Shown piece after piece: positions 47,244 to 58,418 of a stretch of DNA of 64,000 nucleotides. A program made the position numbers and the translations under genes. Position 1 is the first letter of the stretch; each line of letters begins with the position of its first letter. Source of the stretch: Tricharina praecox (Eukaryota); the NCBI RefSeq assembly GCF_024521635.1, contig NW_026250403.1, positions 682,001 through 746,000 of the forward strand, read 5' to 3'. The notes below the pieces were generated by a model. It was not told the origin of the DNA and did no database searches. It saw nothing but the letters and a program-made list of their open reading frames with translations.

Positions 47244-49026
47244 ATGAGCTGGAATCTCTTCGACAGTATCAAGGAATCCTACATCTGCCCCGAATGCAAA
47301 GAGGTCCCGCCCAAGTTCACCGAGGACTTCGGTTCCGGCGACGTAATCTGCACTAGCTGCGGACTGATCCTCGGTGAAATCGTCGATACCCGTTCGGAAT
47401 GGCGCACGTTCTCGGGCGATGGCGAGAGCAGCAAGGCCGATCCGAACCGTATAGGCAATGGATACAACCCCTTTCTGATCGGTGAGGAGCTGCACACCAG
47501 AATTGGGGACAGCAGGGGAGTTCATGCTTCTGTCAGAAACCTCAGGCAAGCGCAGGACAAAGTGACCGGTGAGACGAAGAATGTTCGTCTGCGCGAGGGG
47601 TTCGACAAGATAGACTCCTACTGTGTCGTGGGCAAGCTCAATAGAATGGTGGTCGAGAACGCCAAGGAGCTGTTTTCTACCGGCTTCCAGAAGGGAGTCA
47701 TCCGTAACGTCCAGGACGAGTGGATCTTTTCAGTGATCTACCATGCCTGCAAGCGTGCGAAGGCTCACGCCGGAATGAAGGAAATCGGCACCTTGCATGG
47801 TGGACCGACAAAGCCGTTTTCCAAGCAGTACCATAAGCTCCAGAAGTTCCTGCTGGACGAGAGCATGGCCATGGTTGCGGAAGCCGAGGTCAAGGGGGAG
47901 AATGTGAGCGCTGCTATCGACAGCTACGGTGGCTCGTTTGTTGTTGGTGCGAAGCAGTTGCTCCCCAAGTTCTGCGCTCAGTTCAAACTTCCGCATTGGT
48001 CGCTTTTCCTCGCCGGTGAGATCGCAGACGCTATCTCCGATTCTCTGCTCCTCACGTCCAGGGCCGGACCAAATGTTGCCACATCGATTGTCTACTTACT
48101 CTGCCACCTCATCGGCACCCCGAAGCCTTTGTCGGATATCTATCCCATTTCCAACCTCTCTCCAGGTTTGGCTCCCGATCTGCTTGCCTCGCACCGACTA
48201 ACAGATCCCAGGCACGATCCAGAAATCCATCAAGATTTTGTCCCAGGGCAAGGACGAGCTTATCGCCAACCGCTTCTGGCCCAAGGACTCCAAAATCAAC
48301 ATCGAAGCCTTCGATAACATACTGGAGCCAAAGTGGTGCACGGTCAGGCCGACTGGAAAGCGGGGAAGACAGAATGAAGAAGATCAGGAGAAGCCTCAAG
48401 AGAAAAAGGTCAAGACTGAGCTCTCTGGTTCGCAGTTGACCAGCAACTCGCTGCCCACCAGCAACTCGCAGTTCCCCAATAACTCGCAGTTCCCCAACAA
48501 CTCGCAGTTAACCAGCAACTCGCAGCCCATCAACAGCTCGCAGTTGACCAACAATTCGCAGGTAACCAACAACTCACGGCCCACCAGCAGCTCGGGAAGT
48601 AGCCAGGAGTCCAAGGGTGGTACTCCTTCTGCGTCCGCTTACGGCTCAGGCCGCGGAAAGGTTGCTGCTGCTACCACCGCCGCTACCATGCCGAAGAAGG
48701 AAATGCCAAAGAAAGAAATGCTCAAGAAGGAAATGCCGATGAAGGAAATGCCCAAGAAGAAAGTTCCCAAGAAGAAACTGCCCGAGAACTGTGGTATCGG
48801 CTTGCACAGATACAAGACCACGGGGCCATTCAATTGGCACGGTGTAAGTGCCATTTGTTCCCCGTTTTGATCAGGACAGGAGAAACTAACGTTCGCACAG
48901 CTCTTGCTCCCAGGACCCGTCTTGTACAAAGCCTCTTCGGGTCCCCCTCCCTTCAAGAATTATCTTCCTCTCAACAATCCTAGAGCTGCTACCTCCAAGA
49001 ACCTCAATGAATCTAGATACTACTAG
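47244..49026 (+). CDS. Transcription initiation factor IIB (SUA7-family)-like protein, divergent, ~559 aa (exons 47244-48165, 48212-48843, 48901-49026)
   Basis: Zn ribbon CPEC-x17-CTSC, B-reader VDTRSEWRTFS, DPNRIG..NPFL, two cyclin-like repeats ending LSPGTIQKSIK, and a long low-complexity C-terminal tail. Confidence 0.88.
48430..48591 (+). repeat. Coding 18-bp repeat x9 (SQLTSN/SQFPNN type)
   Basis: TCGCAG...AAC units read directly. Confidence 0.9.
48688..48777 (+). repeat. Coding 15-bp repeat x6 (MPKKE type)
   Basis: ATGCCNAAGAAGGAA units read directly. Confidence 0.9.
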
Positions 49027-49367
49027 AGAGTAGCAGAAGGATAGCAGGTGAGAACTGGCTGGCTGAACTAGTGCTACCTACCCATACCCTTTGTTTTCGA
49101 GTATTCGCACCTGAGTGTTCGAATGCGTTACGCTTTTTACCTTTCCTGTATACCTACTCTTTCCTGTATCACTTACCTACCTAGCCGGCTTCTTCTGTAC
49201 CTTCTTGAATACCCCGTTCCTGTTACTTTTCTTTTCCGCTTACTGTATTTCAGCATGTGACACTACCATCCGTGATTGTTAAACTTGGAGTACTGGAGTT
49301 TTGGAGTATTTTGTTTTGTTTTTGTCATTGATTGTACGGACCTACGGAGTAGACGGCGTTTCGGCGG

Positions 49368-49377
49368 GAGGGCTATT

Positions 49378-49409
<32 letters not shown>

Positions 49410-49474
49410 CATCAATTTATTGTCGCATGCGGCCTTACTAGACTAGGTATGGCGACCAGAAGAGGGTTATTCGA
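49368..49474 (-). mobile_element. Short retroelement 3'-end insertion with (TC)n tail and 13-bp target-site duplication, copy B
   Basis: GAGGGCTATTCGA (49368-49380) and GAGGGTTATTCGA (49462-49474) flank an 81-bp insert. On the minus strand it reads stem-loop, GCGACAATAAATT, then about 13 TC units. Confidence 0.65.
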
Positions 49475-49902
49475 AAAGAAGTAGAACGAGTGACACGGAA
49501 TGTAAATGTGTGCGAGTGCGAGTGCGATATGGATAGTATGGATGGATACCATCAAGTGAAGTCAAGTCAAAGAAAATCCTCCCTCGTCATAAAATCAACA
49601 ATTTACAGTCACTCACAAATAAAAGGCAAAATTACTTAATCACAGTCGCAAGCATCTCATCTCTACAATTCCCCTCTCCCACCCTCTCCCTGTCTCACTC
49701 CTCGTCTTTTCTCCCTCCTCAACCAACACCTCGCAAACCAACACAAGAAACGAAAGAAAAAAGAAAAAACGGCAGCAACCACACCTCACAAAACAGGCAA
49801 GCAAGCATTACTTCCTCACTTCCTCTCATCGCCCGCCACCGCAACCGCAGCGGTAACAGTACTGGTCAGCAACGATAGCCATTCCCTTCCGATACCGATC
49901 TC

Positions 49903-52900
49903 CTACTTCGGATCGAGAACGATGCCCTCAAAGTCGCGGGACGCAATATACTCCAGCGTGCGCTCGAAGTGTTTCCTCGGCAGGTCCGTGGACCCGCCGA
50001 CTTCTGCGCTAGCCAGGTTAGAGTGGATCAGCTCGATCAGCCCGTTGAGGTATTTGACCGTAACCTTTTGTCGTTCGTCAGCGAGAGGCGAGGAGTGGGG
50101 GAGGGGAAAAACTCACGGCTTCATTTTGTCTATCGAAATAGTAAACGTATCGATTCAAGATCTCGACAAACAGCTCCACGCTGACAGCGGTATCCATGCA
50201 GGCATCTGCGACGCGCAGAGCACGCTGGAGACACTCAAGCACGCGCTTGCCGTCTCTGTACAGCGGGGATTTCTCGTCCTCGTCTCTGGCAGGGACCTCG
50301 ACAGCCCACCACAGGTGCGAAGCGAGGTACACGGCTCTGCATTGGTCCGGTTTCTTGAGGAGTTTGCTACCGTGAAGGGCACATTTAGTGATGAGGTTAT
50401 CGTAGTTCTCTTTGCTAAAGTTTCTGGTGGCGTGCAGAGCGTTTGCGATTACGGTTACAGCTTGGAATTGCGCGCGTGAGTCGGAAATCGCCTCTTCGTA
50501 GACTGTGAAAGCTTGCGCGAAGAACTCGTAGGCAACCTCTTCGAACTCGCATTGGTCGGCGACTTGGCCGCAGAAGAGGAACAGGCGGAGCGAAAGGTCG
50601 GCGGAGACTATGCGCACGTACAAGCCGGATATGCTTTGGTGCATGAACTTGTATAGCGCGGCGGACATGGTCGACCATTCATTGTCGTAGTGCTCGCGAG
50701 CCTTGAAGCGGCGGGCCAGCTTGATCGACTGCGTGATGAGTGCCGGCGTCGTGTACCGGATCCTATCACCGCCCTCGTTGAAAGCCTTTTTGGCGGCTTG
50801 CAGGAGCTATCGGGAGTCGGTGAGTGGTGGAACATTGAACGAGTGATATCATGTGCAAATACCTTGAACTGGACTTCATTATTGTCACTGTGCAAAAGGT
50901 GGACCATCCTGGCGAGAAGACCCTGCTCCTCCATCGTCTCATCCGTCTCCAGGTCACGACCAGATCTCCGCGTCTGTGTAGCGGGATATCCGGCAGCTGC
51001 TTGTTGCTGGCCCTCCCGGATCAAAACGCGGATCAAGTTGAAAACGCCCTCTGCGTATTCCGGTGTCTGTATCTTTGTCTGATTCTTGAGAATATTATGC
51101 ACAACGACATTCGCAACGGAGCGGCGGGTTGGGTATGACTGAGCGTGGAGGAGGGGGAGATAGCTCGGAAGAGCAAGCACAGTGAAGAGGGACGCATAGG
51201 AGTTGACCGGCGCCAGCATCAGGTTGAGGATGTTCTGCTGGCAGGCTGGGGAGTGCAAATCGGCACTGTTGGCCATATCGGCGACCTTCTGATTCGTGTA
51301 TCTAGAACAATCAGTCCACAATGCCGCTAGTCGGGGTTTTGGCGACTCACTTCAAGATCTGGTCGACATATTCTTCAGTTTCATACCAACCGGTTAGCCA
51401 AAGCTTCTGTCAGGGGCGGGAAAATCAAGCCTCGTCTTACCCAGTCGGTCGGGATAGATCTTCAGGGCCAGGTTTGCAAGGGAAACGAGAAGAGCGATGA
51501 TGTCTTGAATCGGGAGATTTTGCGCCTTCGATGATACCCGGAAATCAGCCTGCGGTTCCGAACTGGAGTGACCAAACGCCCTCGTGTGTGCCCTTACATT
51601 CACCAGATTCAACACCTGCTCGTAGAAAATCTCGTAGAGCTTGACGTCGTCGGGAATTCCCTTAGCCGGTTTCTTCGGCTCCGAGTCCTCAGCCGTCTCG
51701 CTCTCGACTTTGGTTGACTCTGTTACTTCAGATGCCTCGGAGGCTGCCGTTCCTTTGTCTTCTCCATTGGCAGACGACGCCGAATCTGTCGACCGTGCGC
51801 CGTCCAGCTCATACGGCTCCGTTGTCGGTGGTGGCTCTTTGATAGACCCTGGAGGGGACTGTGAGCTAGCCTGCGACTCATCCGTCACATCGAGCCTCTC
51901 CATCAGCTTCTGCGCCGCTTCTTCCTCTTTCCGCAGCCGCTCCTCGGGTGTCTCGGACTGTGCTTCTCGGGTGGCGTATGCAGAAAGACGGTCCATGAGT
52001 CCGATGACAATAGCTTTCACATTGACATTGGGATTGAGCCTAGCAGTCGCTGACAGGAAAGCGTCTAACGTGTGCAGATGGAACTCATCGGGGAAAACCT
52101 GGGTGATGACTATGCAGCGTTAACACTGTATTTGATATACGGATACCGTATGATGCCTACCCTCAAGCAGATACTCCTGGGCGAGAACGTCACGGCACTG
52201 CACAACCTGCTCCAGCAATGGGGGAAGTATGACGTTCTTGTACGTCTCAAGGTCCACCAGCTGGCTCAACCTGACCAAATTGCTGCCCACGAGGAGCTGC
52301 AGTTCCTTCCGCTCCTGGGTTCTCTTCTCTCGTTCCCGGGAGTGGCCTTGGTGCTGCAGTCGGACCCAGAGCTTGTTCATCTCGATGAAGTTCGTGATGA
52401 TGAAGGAGATGGAGTCCTGGAAATTGCCTTCTGGCCTGGGGATACCGTCAGCGCACACGAATTCGGACCTTCGAGTTCATCTTTCCAGTGACTGACCCGT
52501 CGTTGGTGCCGGTAGGAAGTGAATCTCGAGCTTGCTGAGATAGGTAGTATCGTAAGAACAGCCCTCTGAGTCTCCCAGTCAGCGAAAAAGGCCCACGTGC
52601 CAAAGCGAGTCCGACGTACCTTATCGGATGCTGAACACCTCTGCACATCTCCATCATATCCTTCATGATTTCCTTGACTGGCGCATCGGGAATGGACATG
52701 TAGACCCTGATGGTTTGCGGGAACGCGTCAGAACCCTAGTACACCAGCTTCGACAATAGTTCGGGAGTGTCCAACTCACGTTCCAACCGTCACCATCAAG
52801 TACAATCGCGGCACGATGTTTCCTACAAGAAGTCAGCCCACTACCGGTAGACGGACAGTTGCAACTCCACTCCTCCTCTCGCCCGGGGACATCGTACCGG

Positions 52901-53270
52901 CATACTGAACGAGCTCGTACAGGTCGGCCAGGTGATTAACCGGGTGACTGTCACGGAGGAATACGGACAGATGCCGAAGGGCGTCGAACACGGCCATGTA
53001 GAGCTCATAGTACTTTTTGGGACTGAGTGAGCTCGTCCGAAGTTCCGAGACCAAGGTGGAGCTGTGAGGGGGGGTGGGGAGGATGGCATTAGCTGTGTGG
53101 CGGCGGCAGGCGTCGGAGGAGCAGTGTTGGACGCGCATTGGCGCTTTTTATGCTTACCTGCACTTTAAAGCATCCATCAGTTTACCTTGTGTCTCGAGAC
53201 ATTTCCGCATAAGCTGGGTCTGCTGGCGCACCACGGCCAGAGCATCGTGTAAAAGGACGGCCTCTTCCAT
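49903..53270 (-). CDS. VPS35: Retromer cargo-recognition subunit Vps35, multi-exon
   Basis: [85 protein letters not shown] and [18 protein letters not shown]. Confidence 0.96.
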
Positions 53271-54931
53271 GCTTAGCTTCCCCGCAAGGGACGGAATCGG
53301 CGGTTCGGGGTGCGTATAGGACAGAACGTCGGCAGTTTCGGGTGGAGCTGTGTGTGGGATTCGGGGGTTGTTTGGCGGCGAGGTAGCGAGGGCCGAATGT
53401 GTTGCGAAGTTCGGGGGTGGGGTGTTTCAGCGGGCACGAGGCGGTGGTGGTGGTGGTTGATGCGGGATAAGTATGGTGGGTTGAAGGGATGAGATTGACG
53501 TACGTTGCCAGAGACAACCGGACGAGACACACCAACTACCAAACCACCACCACCACCACTATCCCACCACGACACTACAACACCACACCGCCACACTCTA
53601 GCTAGCCATCTCCAATTCAATTCAATGAAAACGGCGAGAAACATAAAAGCGATAGGTATTTGATTGATGATCGTGGTAGTAGTAGTGGTGGTCGTGGAGG
53701 AGGAGGTGGTAGTGGAGATGATGATGATGATGATGGACATCCATAGCCGTAAAGCCGCATTCTCTCGTGTTGGATATCTCGTCGATTCTATGTCAGCTGT
53801 CAGCTCTCGATGAATAGATATATAAGCGTAAATAGTTGTTACTCTACTCTATGTAAACCCTCCGCCTACAACTGCTCACCAACGACTTCAGCATGGGATC
53901 ATCCGAAGTCACTCGGATTTGAGTACTTGATGCCATGCCTACTCGGATTTGTCCCCGATCGAGGAGTCCATTGGGATGAATCCAGAGCCGATGGTAAGCT
54001 ATGTCTTGCCGCTCAAGATCCGGCGTCGATAAGGCGATTCTTCCCATGTCTCGATCTGTCCCTCAAATCTCCCTTCTACCTACATGCAGATGGATCTCTG
54101 GGACCTTCCTGCGCCTGCGTAACTGCGCTCTGCCAAGCCCGCTGCCGGCAGGCAGTGCTAAGTTGAGCGCTCTCTCGTCTCTAGACTCTACAGCAGAATT
54201 GCTCTCCATGTGAACTGCTCCAGTGCTCCAGTGCTTGATTGCTTTGTGCTGGCCGGCCGCGTTGTTCGGTTGGTTGGATGGGTCCGTTGGGCTGGCTGCT
54301 TGCTGGCTGCAGCTGTTTTGGGGTTGAAAGAGCTGTTCGCCTTAATCTTCCTTTCTCTTTGCACTTTGGCTCTTCTTCGAGGACTCTTCTTCTGTCTTCT
54401 GTCTTCCGTCTTCTTTTGCTGTCCCTCTTTATCTTCAGCTGCTTTTTCCCCCGTCCCCATTCCCTCTCTTTTGAGGCGAACGAACACTGCCACCAAACTC
54501 TATCACTCACCCAGATTCCTCCTCCTCCTCTTCTTCTTCTTATTCTTCACCCTCCCAGTAATAAACCCCTCCCCTTCCCTTCCCAGCCCCCTCAAGCCGT
54601 CGCTGCCCCCAACAACAATCAGCAAGCATCCGTTGTTTGTTGTCGGCGTCACGAGGCATCCGGAGCGAGCGAACAAACGAAACCCTCTCTTCCGTCGCTT
54701 AGTGTTCCTTCGTCGCCGCGCCGCCCGCCTTGTCGCTTCGCTCTTGCTTTACGACCCCCATCCATTTCTCTTTCATCCTCCACCCAAACCCGCCACACTG
54801 CAACCGAACCCCAACTCCAACACCCCAACCACCACCACCACTACCACCACCACCACCACTGCACACTCCCCCATCTTACTACCATCCGCACACATCTTAT
54901 CACCGCCCAAGAGTCCTGCCATCTCTGAATC

Positions 54932-56847
54932 ATGGCTGCCGAATACTCGGGCACTCGCCTGTATCTAGGCAACCTCCCCAAAGACAGTAAGCCACCTCTC
55001 CTCCCATCGCGTTTGCTGTGCTTTTTTCGTTCTCGCGTTTCTTTGTCGTCTCGTCGCGCGTGTGCGCTCGTGCGCAAGAAACGCCCTGCTGACTCTCTCG
55101 CCCAACAACAGCTCGGAAACAGGAAGTTGAAGAGTTTTTCAGCGAATTCGGCCATGGCACCATCACTGAAGTCAAGCTCATGGATGGATTCGGCTTCATT
55201 CAATACGAAAGCCCCGATGACGCGAAGGACGTGGTACCAGGTCAGTGCACTCCCACACTCTCTACCCCATATCCCAACACAGTTACGCTGACGTCTGTGC
55301 GTTCGCCGCTGCAGCCTTCCACGGCAAAGAATTCAAAGGAAGCTCCCTTATCGTTCAGTTTGCTCGCGGCAATCGCCACCACGCCAGCCCTAGGGAATTT
55401 GCGCCCAGCGGACCAGGCGGTTTCCCTCCTCGTCCGAGGCGCACTCAATTCAGGATGAACATTACTGGCCTTCCTCCGGATACCAGCTGGCAGGTGGGCT
55501 CACCATTACTCCTCGTTTCTGCTGCACACTACATTTCTTTGATTCCGTGGGGCCTACGATGAATGTGCGTTCGCTATTTTGTATCGCCCCTACTACTGCT
55601 ACCACCTACCCTACCACCATGTGCTCCTTGGATAGGCTCTGGTGGTCCTGAACCTCTTGTCCCCGAGGGTTTGGCACGACCTCGTGGGACTTGCGCTCTC
55701 GTCTCCTCTCCAGTTGGCCGGATGAAACTCCTTCACAATGGGAAATTACTAGTCCGATTGGAGTCGGTGGGGTAGTGGGTAATACTGTCATCGATCAAGA
55801 CCTGAAGGGATGGACATATCTATTGGCCAGGAATTATCCGAATACCCGTTGCGCATCTGATTTACTGGAGGAACCATCTGGGGATTCGTTGAGGAACTCG
55901 AACTCATTGAGGCTTTGTGACTACCTAGGACCTGAAGGACTTCGCCCGCAAGTCTAACGACAGTGTCGTCTACTCCGATATGAGTCGTGACCGCGATGGC
56001 CGGGGGTACGTTCTTATCTCATCCTTTCGTTTTTCACTCTTGCTAATTGGCGACTCCAGTACCGTGGAATTCGAGACCTTGGAGGACCTCAAGAGAGCGT
56101 GTCAATTCCTCGACCAGTCCGAATATCGCGGTTACCGCGTGACTTGCATTGCTGACGTATGTACCTATTATTCCCCGTCGACTTTATCGGTTGCTAATCT
56201 CCGAGCAGGAGGGCGCTACTTTGGGAGGAAGTGGTGGAGGTCGCTACGGTGGAAGTGCCTACGGCGGAGGTGGTCCCCGTGGACGTTCGGTCTCTCCTCA
56301 CCGTGGAGGCTACTCGCGTCGCTACTCTCCGCCTCCTGCCCGTCACGCCTCTCCCACGAGGTACGGTGGTCGCAGCAGCCGCTACGATTCCCCTCCTGGA
56401 CACCGTGGCTATCGTGAGCGCTCCCCGCCTCGTGGTGGCAACGGCGGTCGTGATCCCTACTATGGTGGAGCTGGTGGTGGACGCGATAGGTCCCCGCCTC
56501 CTCGTAGGCCTCCTCCTCCTCCTGTGGATGACTATGCCCCGCCGCGCGGTGGAGCACCCGGATACGGAGGTGGTCGGGATGATTACCCTCCTGCCAGACG
56601 TGGATACGACGAGGATCCTGGACACTACGGAGGAGGAGGTGCTCACGGTGCCAACGGCTCAAGCAGAGGTGGTGGTGGTGGTGGTGGTGGTGGTGGAGGT
56701 CGTTATGATGATTCCAGGCGCTATCCTAGCCCACCTCCTCCGAGAGGAGGAGGAGGTGGTGGTGGCGGTGCAAGGTCCCCTCCTCCCCCGAGGGGCGCAC
56801 CTCCCCCTCGAGGTGGCTATGAGGAGTACGACCGCCGCCGGTATTAG
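54932..56847 (+). CDS. srp2: SR-family splicing factor with two RRMs (Srp2/SRSF4-5-6-like) and an RGG/RS/SP-rich tail; a possible alternative end at 57044
   Basis: RRM1 TRLYLGNLP...GFGFIQY; pseudo-RRM2 with SWQ|DLKDFAR split by intron 55494-55928; repeated RSPPPR/RGG segments. Confidence 0.88.
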
Positions 56848-57752
56848 GTCTGATCCAAGTGACCCGCTGGGTTGGAGAAGGAGCATTTCGGCTGACAATA
56901 TTGCTTAGCGAGCCAACCACGGCCGGTTTCGAGAACGTTCCAACGGGACCGAAATCTCATAGATCGAATGCGAATGTGAATGTGAATGTGAATGGAGGGG
57001 GAGGCGGTGGTGGTGGCAGTAGCTACCGCAGCAGACCGGAATGACGTAAAAAGCTGGAGAAAATTTTACAAATACCGAAAAGTTTCACAATGAGAGAAGA
57101 TGTGATGGGAAGGGAAATGAGTGAGAGGATTCTTGAAACCTCTTGCTAACGAAAATAATTCCCTTTTCTGTTACTGTCTGCTCATTGGCTTTTTACTTGT
57201 TTAACGATTTGTCTGTCTGTCTTGTCTCTATCCGTTTCTTTCACGATTGGTTTTGCCACTTGTTTCCTGTTTCTCTCTCTCTTTCTTTTGTTTTCTTTGT
57301 CGTGGAAACTACCTAGGGGGCGTGAGTGGGTGGGTGAGTGAGGGAGCGAGGGATGGATGGGGTACGATTATGGCTTCTGTTTTTTCTTTTTCTTCACGGG
57401 AATGAATGATTGTGTGCTATGATATGGCTACCATACCGTCACGATCACGATCGCGTGTCTCACTTTTTCTTTCTGTCGTCATTGTCTGTCCATCACATCA
57501 ACCAACCAACCAACCAACCGTCGACCAGACCTTATGCGAGTAATCATGCATCTACCTATCGACCAACCCAGGTATGCCACCGTATGTATACTATGCTAGG
57601 GATGGAAATTCCGCTTCAGCCCTACCTACCATTTACGCCACAACCAACCAATGCGGAAAGCAGAGTCGTCGTCGTCGTCGCATCGCAACTTGTATGTAAG
57701 TAAAAAAAACAGATTTCATTCTGCAAAAGTGTGAACCCATACTACCAGGTAG

Positions 57753-57799
57753 TAGGTAACTCAGGTAACTCAGGTAACTCAGGCAACTCAGGCAACTCA
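57753..57799. repeat. (AGGYAACTC)5 nonamer tandem repeat
   Basis: Read directly between convergent 3' ends. Confidence 0.85.
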
Positions 57800-58418
57800 C
57801 AACACCCCCCAAGTCAAAGGGGGTGAACATTGAACATTGACCATGAACATGAACATGAACACAAGGAAAAAAAATCCACTCCCGGCTCCCTTCCCAATAA
57901 TCCTCTTAAAGTAAAAAAAAAAAAAAAGTCAGTCGCCTTATCACCCACCTCCCTCCGAACCCCAAGTCCGAATCCTCAGCCCAGCCCAGCCCAGCCCGGG
58001 CAGCCCAGCCCAGACAGCCACTTTTGACCCCCCACCGCGCCCACCCGTCCCCCGCCCACGCCCAAAACGGAAAGAAAGAAAAGAAAAGAAAAAGAAACAA
58101 AAACTAATAGAAAAAAAGTGTAAAAGTGGTATTGTTACAAGTAGATTTGTTGCCGCGCGCGCTCATTTGGTTTGGTGGTGGTCGGTCGGTCGGTCGTGGA
58201 AGTAAGTGGTTTCGTCAAAGTCGATTAACTGATAATAGCGTACGTGCCGGTGCCGGTGCGGGCAGGCGGACGTACATCGTGCGTGCGTGGTTCCCATCCA
58301 TCCATCAAGAAATCCAATCCTCCTCCTCTCTCTCCCTCCCCTCCCCATCGCCGGAAAACACAAAACACAAAACACAAAACACAAAACACAAAACACAAAA
58401 CCCAAAAAAACCGCATGG

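Noticed and set aside
55841-55860. TACCCGTTG before CTGA as a snoRNA guide for 18S rRNA
   Set aside because: Only 9 nt, separated from box D by 5 nt, and box C is non-consensus.
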